From Candidatus Eiseniibacteriota bacterium (GTDB lineage Bacteria; Eisenbacteria; RBG-16-71-46), in assembly GCA_031366795.1 (NCBI GenBank), contig JANLOX010000021.1, positions 1 to 16,657 of the forward strand: a stretch of DNA of 16,657 bases, written 5' to 3'. Positions within the stretch are counted from its first letter, which is position 1, and each line of letters begins with the position of its first letter. The notes under the pieces were generated by a model. It was not told the origin of the DNA. It ran no database searches and was given only the letters and a program-made list of their open reading frames with translations. The position numbers and the translations under genes are program-made. Below, piece by piece: positions 7,384-15,700 of this stretch.

Positions 7384-8349
7384 GTGCGACGGTTCATGAT
7401 GATCCTCATCACATTAGCGCTGGTGAGCGGAGTGCTGTTGTTCCGCCCGCTCGAAGGTGTGCACATCCTGGCCCACCCACACCCCGCCACGAACTACGCG
7501 CAGGCGCTGGCGGGTGTCGAAGCCCTGCAGGTCCTCGATGGGCCGGAAATCGCCGGCGGTTGCGGCACGCGCCTGATGACGCATGGCGCCCCCACGCGTC
7601 GCGTCTTCGTGCTCTACCACGGACTGACGAACTGCCCGGAGCAATTCCGAACACTGGGCGAGTCGCTGTTCGTGCGCGGTGCGAACGTCCTGATTCCCCG
7701 CATGCCGCATCATGGCCTGGCCGACCGGATGACGGACGACCTCGACCGGCTGGAAGCGCGCGAGTTGTGCGCGTGGTGTGACCGCACACTCGACGCCGCG
7801 GCGGGGCTGGGCGACAGCGTCACCATCGTCGGGCTGTCGCTGAGTGCGGTCGTGGCGGCATGGGCAGCTGAGGAACGGCCGGGGATTGATCGCGTGGTGG
7901 TGCTCGCGCCGCTGTTGGAGACGCGGCTTGCCGCGGGCGCGCTGGCCCCGGCCGCGGCGCGTTTCCTGCTGACGCAGCGCGGGCGGTTTGCGTGGTGGGA
8001 CGGCAAGCTCAAGCAGGAGGTGCGTGGGCCCAGCCATGTCTACCCGCGCTTCTCCTTGCGCGGGACAGGCGAGGCGCTGTGCTTCGGCGCGGGTGTGCTC
8101 ACCACGGCGCGGCGCGCGCCGCTGCGCGCACGGTTGGGCGTGGTCGTTACGGTCGAGGGCGATCAAGCGATCGACAATGCAGCGGCGCACCGGCTCGTGG
8201 CGGCATGGCGCGCCAAGGCTCCGTCGCGCGCCAGCGAATACCAGTTTCCGGCGTCCCTGGGCGTCGTGCACGACATGATTGACCCGGAGCAGGTCGGGGC
8301 CAAGACCGAGATTGTCTACCCGGTGTTGCTCAGGCTGATGGGAATGTGA
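7384..8349 (+). CDS. Membrane-anchored alpha/beta hydrolase (carboxylesterase/lysophospholipase-like)
   Basis: GAGGAGG at 7373-7379 before an in-frame GTG at 7384. N-terminal hydrophobic helix, oxyanion motif HGLTNCP, PRMPHHG, elbow GLSLSA (7831-7848), Asp in EGDQAID and His in VHDMIDP. Confidence 0.85.
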   Translation: MRRFMMILITLALVSGVLLFRPLEGVHILAHPHPATNYAQALAGVEALQVLDGPEIAGGCGTRLMTHGAPTRRVFVLYHGLTNCPEQFRTLGESLFVRGANVLIPRMPHHGLADRMTDDLDRLEARELCAWCDRTLDAAAGLGDSVTIVGLSLSAVVAAWAAEERPGIDRVVVLAPLLETRLAAGALAPAAARFLLTQRGRFAWWDGKLKQEVRGPSHVYPRFSLRGTGEALCFGAGVLTTARRAPLRARLGVVVTVEGDQAIDNAAAHRLVAAWRAKAPSRASEYQFPASLGVVHDMIDPEQVGAKTEIVYPVLLRLMGM

Positions 8350-8381
8350 CGCCGTGACGCCGTTCGAGGCGTCACGGCGTC
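8348..8381. terminator. Perfect 14-bp hairpin between convergent genes (putative bidirectional terminator or 3' stabiliser)
   Basis: GACGCCGTGACGCC-gttcga-GGCGTCACGGCGTC, lying between the stops at 8349 (+) and 8395 (-). No U-tract on either strand. Confidence 0.7.
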
Positions 8382-8394
8382 GCTCCCCTGGCGG

Positions 8395-11300
8395 CTAACG
8401 CACGACGGCAAAGCGTCGCGTGAACACCGCGTCCCCTGCATGGATGCGGGCCAGGTACAGCCCCGCCGGTGCTGAGCCGTGCGTTCCGTATCCATCCCAA
8501 TGCAGCGACCAGCGCCCCGCCCCGAACCGCTGCTCCGGAGACGACCAGACCCTGCGCCCCAGCACGTCGAGCACCTCGACCGAGACGTCCGCGGCCTGCG
8601 GCAGCGCCAGTGCCATGGAGACGCCGCCATTGCTCGGATTGGGAAATGCGCTCGACAAGGCGATCGACCCGATGGGGCCACCCCCCGTTCCAGCGCCGGG
8701 TGCGGCGAGCACGGCGCCGGGCGCCGGAACTGTGCCGCCACCGAAATTGTCGAACCGCGCACTCGCGGCGCCCGAGTGAGAAACTCCGATGCGCCCGCCG
8801 AGTGTTGCGTAGGGCCAGCCTGTCGCCGACACCGCCCCGAGCAGGGCGCTGTTGCGGAACACCTGCACCGTGCCGTCGGCGAAGGCGCGCGCGCCGAAGC
8901 GGTCGCCCACCGCAAAGGTGACGCCGCCCAGCGTGGCTACGGTGTTCCATGTGCCCGGGGGCGTGAAGGTGTAGACGATCACCTGCGAGCCCGCGACGTT
9001 GTAGCTGACCTCGATGTGCCCGGTGAGGTGCGTGCTGCCCTGCGTCTTGAGCATCAGGTTGTGCTCCGGTGCCGCGGCACTGATGGCGCTCAGTGTCACG
9101 AACGCTTCCTGGTTGGCGCCAAACGTGGCGGCGCTCCACTGGATCGCATTCGGGCTGCTGCCCGTGGGGGCCAGGGCGTTGCCGCTGACGACGAACTGCG
9201 CGGTCTGGTCCGTCCAGTTAGCGCCGATGGGGCCGTCTGCTCGGTTGAAATTGTCGAGCACGGGTGTCTGCGGGAATGCCGGCGCAGCCGCGACGACGAC
9301 GACGCTCGCGGTGTCCTTGCCCCCACGGTTGTCGGTGACGGTAAGGATCGGTCCGAACGTGCCAACACCGGAAAACGTGTGCTGAACGACGCGCCCGGTC
9401 GCCGAGCCGCCATCGCCAAAGCTCCAGGCGAAGGTGAGCGAATCGTTGTTGGCGTCGGTCGAGGCCGCTCCTGAGAAGTTGACGAGCAGCGGCGAGGTCC
9501 CCATCTGCGGCAACGCCACCGCGTTCGCGACCGGCTGGGTGTTCGCGAACGTGGTGAAGCTGGACGCGGTGGCCGGTGGGTTCGGCGACGTCGCCGTGTT
9601 GAGCGAGGCGTCGGCTGAGCTGGCGCGGTAGAAATACTTCGTGCTCCCCGCGAGACCGGTCAGCTTGATGCTGTGGCTGGTCAGCAGGGCGGGATTGTTG
9701 ACGCGCAGCGTCAGCGAGCCGGAGGAGGTGCCATAGTCGACCCGCGTCGACGCGGCTTCGTTGGTGGTCCAGGCGATGGTCGCCGAGCCGTCGGAATTGG
9801 GCGTCGCGGTGACGGCGGTGATGGCCGGCGCCGTGGTATCGGTGGCGTAGTTGGCGGCGTAGAAACCCGGCTCGGCGTTGAAGAACAGGTAATCCATGCC
9901 CTTGATGGTCTGGGTCGTCGTCGTGACCGTGACGCCATTGCGGCTCAGCGTGGTCAGCGTGCCAGAGTTGCCCTGGCGCGGCAGCATCGCCTGGATGTTG
10001 CGCGCGCCGGTGGCGGTGGAAATGCTGAACGTCAAGGTCGAGCCGCTCCATGTCACACCACCGAACGACGAACCCTCGCGGCCATCGAGCCACGCCAGCA
10101 TCTGCTTGGCCGACACCACCGGGACGCCGCGAGCGACCGCGGATGCGACGATGGCGTCCGAGCTTGGGTTCTGCGCCTGGTCGAAGTGCATGTTCGCGCA
10201 GTAGACGCCGTAGTAGCCGCGCGCATCGAGCGCCCGCGTCAACAGCGAGTCGATGGTCTTGGGGTAGGTCTGGCCGGACTCGTCGGTCATCTGCGTGGTG
10301 ACTTGGAAGCAGTTGACCAGCGTGCCATCCGATTTCGCGAAGCGCATCGGCAGCGTGGTGCCGTTGAACAGGCCGGGGCGATTTTGCACGTAGGCGGACG
10401 GCCAATAGTAATAGTTCGTGTCGAGGCGCACGTTGTGCGCGGCCTCGACCTCGGCCTCCGTGCTCCAGTCGCTCCAGGCAATGCAGTGGGTGCGGTTGGT
10501 CGTCGGCACCGGCACGCTGGGGAAGGCATTCGCGAAGGTGGCGAACTGGTTGGTGAGTGCCGTGTCGAGTGAGAAGGCCGTGAAGTCCGCGCACGCGGTC
10601 CAGATGTGATCGGCGGTTTCGAAGCCGAGCCGGTTGTAGAAGTTCGCCATCGCGTCGGTGTAGCCCTGGCCGACGTACAGGTAGCCGGTGGCATTGACGC
10701 ATTCCCAGTCGGGCAGCGAACAATTGGCGATCGCTTGCTGCCGGTAGATGTCGAAGCGCGGCACCATGCCGGCATCCCCGTGATCGTCGCCGGTCATGAC
10801 GACGACGGCTTTTTTGCCCCTGGGCAGGTACCAGAAGCGTGGCAACGGCTTGCGATGCAGGTTTGATTGCAGGATCAGGTTGGCGAACAGGCGCTGCTGC
10901 TCGTCCGCCTGCGGGATCGAGATCTTCGAGAAGTCGTTCCAGTCCGGCTGGGGATCGCTGAGCGAATTCCCGTAGAACATGTCGTCCGAACGCTTCGGCG
11001 CCTGGCCGTCACGCTCCTGCCCCGCCCACGCCGGGTTGCCCTGCCGCGTCTGCACGATCGACTTCGCGAGGTCGTAGGTGAATGCGACAGCCCTCCCGCC
11101 GTAGGCGCCGACGGTGCGCGTCGTCACCGCGGGATTCGGCGTCGAGGTGCTCGCCGCCGAATACAATGTGGCGATCGCCGTGGCGCCGCTGAGCGTGTAG
11201 AGGTCCGCGGTCCCGTGGAACTGCATCGTCTCAGCAACGATGCCCACGCCGGCGCCGGTGTTGTTCACCTTGAGGTACTGGTTCGACAGCGTCGAGGCGG

Positions 11301-12591
11301 CGTCCGTCAGTCCCATCAGGCGCGCCAACAACTTGCTCGGGCGCATCGCGATCAGCGTGCCGCCGGCATTGACCCACGTGGTGAACATCGTGACCTGGGC
11401 CGCCGTCAGCGGCGTCTCCCCCAGCACCACGACGTCGTAACTATTGAGGATTGTGGCGGTGACCGTCGACAGGTCGCGCGCGGCGAACAAATTGAGTCCC
11501 TCGGCGCGCAACAGCTCGACCGGGTACCGGCTGAACGAGTTGGCGGCATTGCTCACCACCAGGACCGGCCCACCCGGTCCCTCGTTTGGGCCCGCCGGAG
11601 GCGCCGCCGTCGTCGTGAAGGCAAACGTGAAATCGGCCGCGAACGCGTTGTTCGCGACATCGGTGATGCGAGGCGCTACAGCACCCCCTTTAATGAGCAC
11701 GGAGTAGGTCGTGGCGTTCGCCAGCGGGCTGCTTGGCACGATGCGCACCGCGCGCGCCAGGGCGTCGTAACTGATCGCCGCCGACACCGTGGTCAGGGAA
11801 GCGGTGCGCAGGATCACGCTCGCAGCACTCACACTGGCGGGCGCCAGCGCCTCGCTGAACGTGGCGGTGATGGGGCTCGAGATGGGTACGCCGTGCTCAT
11901 TCGCGGCCGGACTCGTCGCCACCACCGTGGGTGCGGCGGCATCGGCAGGGACGGACGTGTTGAACACCACGTCGACCCAGTAGTTCGTGCTGTTGAAACT
12001 CGCGCTGGGGAAGTGAACGGGGCCGTAGGCGAACACGCCGTTCGCCCCGTCCTCCCCATCAGCCAGCATGCGCAGCGGTCCGTTCACCACCGCTGCGGTG
12101 AAAAACGCGCTCGTATAGCCATAGGAGCCGGTCGAATGGTACGAGGCGATATAGGTCGTGTTGGCCGTGATCGCCACCGCGGGGCTCAAGGACACTTGCT
12201 GCCAGCCGGACGCCGTCTCACCGGTGAATGTCGCTTCGGCGAGCATCGCGCCACTCGAGGACCACAGGTGGCCGATGTGGGTGCCCGTGTTCAGGCCACC
12301 TTTATAGTAGCGCAGGGCAGTGATGTACCCCGCCTGCGTGCCGCGAAACTTGACGCCGATTTCCAGTGGAGCGTTGTCGAGTGCTGCCGCGACCGCCGGC
12401 GTGTCGGTGGGCTGGAATCCTGTGCAGGGGCATGCGAGTGTAGACTGGGAATCGGCGCTGGCGGGTGGGGCGGCCGCCCAAAACAGCGTGGCGGCGAATG
12501 CGAGCCTGGCGATGCGCCGCACAATTCGTGGGCTCGCGGCGCGAGCCTGAGGGCTCAGCGATAAAATACCGCAGTCGGATGCGAATACCAT
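8395..12591 (-). CDS. Large secreted multidomain protein: DUF4082, Ig-like (Big_5), alpha/beta domain, CE4/NodB-like deacetylase barrel, FN3, PKD, beta-sandwich, FlgD-Ig/T9SS-like C-terminal domain
   Basis: AAGGAG RBS; signal peptide RRIARLAFAATLFWAAAPPASA. DUF4082: EIGVKF..GYITALRYYK, ETASGWQ, NYWVDVVF. Big_5: ITATFSEAL. Deacetylase-like: MTGDDH, GFETADH, NRTH, ANMH. FN3: ATIAWTTNE..VDYG. PKD: FAWSFGDG. C-terminus: AFPNPS..LDVLGRRV..WDG..GLYLAR. 1398 aa. Confidence 0.88.
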   Translation of the reverse strand: MVFASDCGILSLSPQARAASPRIVRRIARLAFAATLFWAAAPPASADSQSTLACPCTGFQPTDTPAVAAALDNAPLEIGVKFRGTQAGYITALRYYKGGLNTGTHIGHLWSSSGAMLAEATFTGETASGWQQVSLSPAVAITANTTYIASYHSTGSYGYTSAFFTAAVVNGPLRMLADGEDGANGVFAYGPVHFPSASFNSTNYWVDVVFNTSVPADAAAPTVVATSPAANEHGVPISSPITATFSEALAPASVSAASVILRTASLTTVSAAISYDALARAVRIVPSSPLANATTYSVLIKGGAVAPRITDVANNAFAADFTFAFTTTAAPPAGPNEGPGGPVLVVSNAANSFSRYPVELLRAEGLNLFAARDLSTVTATILNSYDVVVLGETPLTAAQVTMFTTWVNAGGTLIAMRPSKLLARLMGLTDAASTLSNQYLKVNNTGAGVGIVAETMQFHGTADLYTLSGATAIATLYSAASTSTPNPAVTTRTVGAYGGRAVAFTYDLAKSIVQTRQGNPAWAGQERDGQAPKRSDDMFYGNSLSDPQPDWNDFSKISIPQADEQQRLFANLILQSNLHRKPLPRFWYLPRGKKAVVVMTGDDHGDAGMVPRFDIYRQQAIANCSLPDWECVNATGYLYVGQGYTDAMANFYNRLGFETADHIWTACADFTAFSLDTALTNQFATFANAFPSVPVPTTNRTHCIAWSDWSTEAEVEAAHNVRLDTNYYYWPSAYVQNRPGLFNGTTLPMRFAKSDGTLVNCFQVTTQMTDESGQTYPKTIDSLLTRALDARGYYGVYCANMHFDQAQNPSSDAIVASAVARGVPVVSAKQMLAWLDGREGSSFGGVTWSGSTLTFSISTATGARNIQAMLPRQGNSGTLTTLSRNGVTVTTTTQTIKGMDYLFFNAEPGFYAANYATDTTAPAITAVTATPNSDGSATIAWTTNEAASTRVDYGTSSGSLTLRVNNPALLTSHSIKLTGLAGSTKYFYRASSADASLNTATSPNPPATASSFTTFANTQPVANAVALPQMGTSPLLVNFSGAASTDANNDSLTFAWSFGDGGSATGRVVQHTFSGVGTFGPILTVTDNRGGKDTASVVVVAAAPAFPQTPVLDNFNRADGPIGANWTDQTAQFVVSGNALAPTGSSPNAIQWSAATFGANQEAFVTLSAISAAAPEHNLMLKTQGSTHLTGHIEVSYNVAGSQVIVYTFTPPGTWNTVATLGGVTFAVGDRFGARAFADGTVQVFRNSALLGAVSATGWPYATLGGRIGVSHSGAASARFDNFGGGTVPAPGAVLAAPGAGTGGGPIGSIALSSAFPNPSNGGVSMALALPQAADVSVEVLDVLGRRVWSSPEQRFGAGRWSLHWDGYGTHGSAPAGLYLARIHAGDAVFTRRFAVVR

Positions 12592-12676
12592 GGATGACTC
12601 TCCTTGTCGCGATGCGTGTTGCTCCTGCGCAGGACGCCGGTCGCTGCCCCCTTACTTTGGGACATCCGTGCGTGCG

Positions 12677-12703
12677 TACGCAAGGCGGATGCACCGGGTT
12701 TTA
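12677..12703 (-). promoter_or_regulatory. Candidate ECF-sigma-type promoter for the 1398-aa gene
   Basis: TAAAAC (12703-12698), N17, CGTA (12680-12677), resembling the AAC...CGT ECF consensus. Lies just downstream of a terminator. Confidence 0.3.
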
Positions 12704-12705
12704 GG

Positions 12706-12746
12706 ACAAAAGCAAGCGAGCGGCCTCCGTGGAGGGGGCCGCTCGC
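12706..12746 (-). terminator. Rho-independent terminator after the upstream paralog
   Basis: On the minus strand, a 10-bp perfect stem GCGAGCGGCC...GGCCGCTCGC followed by TTGCTTTTGT, about 29 nt after the stop at 12775. Confidence 0.8.
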
Positions 12747-12774
12747 CATCAGTCACGGTGACAGCCGCTTCCGG

Positions 12775-15700
12775 CTATCGAAGCACCGCGACCCGCCGGA
12801 TCATGACCTGCGATCCTGCGCGCACACGCACCATGTAGACACCGGTGCTGGCGTGACCAATTGAGCCCATGCCATCCCACCGCAGCGTCCAGCGCCCCGC
12901 CGCATAGCGCCGCGGCGGCGCGCTCCAGATGGCACGGCCCTGGATGTCGAGCACGGTCATTGTGACGTCCGCTTCGCGCGGCAAGGCCAGCGACATCGTG
13001 GTTCCTGTGTGCGAGGGGTTCGGGAAGGGGTTGGACAGCGACACGTTGACTGGGCTGCCATTACCGGTCGGATCGACGTCCAGCACGGCGGTCGTGTCGG
13101 TCACTGCGGGGGCGCCGCTAATATAGGTTCCGCCGCCGAAGTTATCGAATCTTGACACCGTCGCCTGGGCGCATGAAAGCCCGATGCGCCCGCCCTGTGC
13201 CGCGAATCCCCAGCTCGCCACGGAGGTGGTGCCGATCCGCGTACCGTTCTTGAATACCTGCACGGTGCCGTCCGACAGCACGCGCGCGCCGAATTGTTGG
13301 CCGGCCGTGAAGGTGACGCCGCTGAAGGTGGCGAACAGCTTCCAGGTCGTGGGGGCGGTGAACGAGTACACGGTGACCTTCGAGGTGGTTGCGTTATAGC
13401 TCACCTCGAGATGTCCCGCGCTCCATGTCGTGCCCTGCGTCTTGAGCATCAGGTTGTGCTCGGTCGCGGCCGCCGTGATCGCCGACAGCGTGACGTACAC
13501 CTCCTGGCTCGCGGCGAATGGCGAAGTCCACTCGACGTACACGTCGCCGCCGCTCGACTGCGTCAGCGCATTGGAGGCGATGGCGAAGTTACCGGTCATG
13601 TCGGCCCAATTCGCGCCCGGCGCGCCGTCGGCGCGGTTGAAGTTGTCGAGCACCGTCGTGGTTGGGAACTCCGCGGAGATCGTGGAGATCGCCACACTCG
13701 CCGTGTCCGAGCCGCCCCGGCCATCCTTGACCGTCAGGATCACCGCGAAGTTGCCGGCCGCGGTGAAGACGTGGCTGGCCAGGCGCCCTGTCCCGGTGCC
13801 GCCGTCGCCGAAGGCCCAGGCAAAGGTGAGCGAGTCGTTGTTGGCGTCCGTCGAGGCCGCTCCCGAGAAGCTGACCGACAAGGGTGCGGCACCACAGCGT
13901 GGCGTCCCGGTAGCCGCCGCCACAGGGGCGACGTCCGCGACGGTCGTCAGGCCACGAGGGAGTGCCGGTGAAGCGGGCGACGTCGTGCTGTTGCCCGCGG
14001 CATCGGCCGACGTCAAGCGGAAGTAGTACGCGGTGCTCCCATTCAAGCCCGTCAGTGTGATGCTGTGCGCGGTGACGAGTGCCGCGGCACTGACGTTGAG
14101 GTTGAGCGTCGAGACCGTCGTGCCGTAATCGATGCGTGAGGTGGCGGCTTCATTGGTCGTCCAGTTGATCGTCGCGGTGCCGTTGGCATTGGCGATCGAG
14201 CCGACGGCGCTGATCACCGGCGGCGTCGAGTCCAAACCGTAGTTCGCCGTGTAGTTGCCGGGGTCGGCCGGGAAGAACGCGTACTCGATGCCCTTGATGG
14301 TCTGGGTGGTGAAGGCGACCGCCACTCCCCCGCGCGACAGCCCCGAGAGCCGGGCCGAGGTTCCCGTCATGGGCAGCATCGCCTGCAGGTTGCGGGCACC
14401 GGTGGCGACCGCGATGGTGAACGAAAGCGCCGTGCCGTTCTGCGCGACGCCGGAGAACGACGAGCCGTTACGGCCATCGAGCCAGTCGAGCATCTGCTTG
14501 GACGACACGACGGGCACGCCGCGCGCCAGCGCCGAGGCGACAATCGCGTTGGAGCCCGGATGGTTCGGGTTGTCAAAGTGCATGTTGGCGCAGAACGCGC
14601 CGTAGTAGCCGCGGACGTCCAGCGCGCGCACGAGCAGCGAGTCCGAAGTCATCGGGTAGCTCTGGTTCGACTCGTCGGTCATCTGCGTGGTGACCTGGTA
14701 GCAGTCGATCAGCGTACCATCCGATTTGGCGAAGCGCATCGGTATGCCGGAGCCGGTGAACATGCCCGGGCGGTCCTGCACCCAGGTGGCGGGCCAGTAG
14801 TAGTAGTTGGTGTCGAGCCGGATGCCGCGCGACGCTTCGATCTCGGCGGCGCTGCTCCAGTCACTCCACGCGATGCAGTGAGTGCGGTTCGTGGTCGGTA
14901 GCGGCACGCTCGGCAGTGCCGTGGCGAACGTGCCCATCTGGCTGCTGACGTTGTTGTCGAATGACGCCGGGGTGAAGTCCGCGCAGTTGGTGGTGATGTG
15001 CACCGCGACCTCAAAGCCTAGACTGTTGTAGAACGCGGCCTGGGCATCGGTGAAGCCGGTGCTGACGTATTCGTAGCCGGTGGCGCGAACGCAATCCCAA
15101 TCGGGCTCGGAGCAGTTGATGGGACTTGCCTGGCGGTAGATGTCGAAGCGCGGCGCCATACCCGCATCGCCATGGTCGTCACCTGTCATGACCACGACGG
15201 CCTTCTTGCCCTTGGGGAAATACCAGAACCGCGGCAGCGGCTTGCGGTGCAGGTTCGCCTGCACGATCAGGTTGGCGAACAGGCGCTGCTGTTCATCGGC
15301 CTGCGGGATGGCGACCTTCGAGAGATCGACCCAGTCGGTCTGCGGGTCGGTGGCGGAAGCGCCGAAGAACAGGTCGTCGGAACGCCGCGGCGCGGTGCCG
15401 TCGCGCTCCTGTCCCGCCCATGCCGGATTGCCCTGGCGGGTGTAGACGATGGAGCGCGCCAGGTCGAAGGTGAAGGCGATGGCCTGGCCGCCGCTGGCGC
15501 CGACCGAGCGCACCGTGACGGCGGGGTTACTGGTCGCCGTGGTGGCATTCGAGTACAGCGTGGCGACCGCGGTGGCGCCGTTGAGCGTGTAGAGATCGGC
15601 GGTGCCGTGGAATTGCATCGTCTGCGACTCGATGCCCGTCCCCGCGCCGGAGTTCGCGACTTTCAGGTACTGGTTCGACAAGGTCGCCGCGGCGTCGGTG

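Noticed and set aside
9218..10723. 501-aa same-strand alternative-frame ORF, and similarly 15833..16654
   Set aside because: Arg/His-rich off-frame reading inside a well-supported gene, as expected at this GC content.
10867..12564. 565-aa plus-strand ORF and other long antisense ORFs (e.g. 5308..6447, 8479..9474, 9673..10572)
   Set aside because: These are shadow frames of GC-rich genes with no recognisable motifs.
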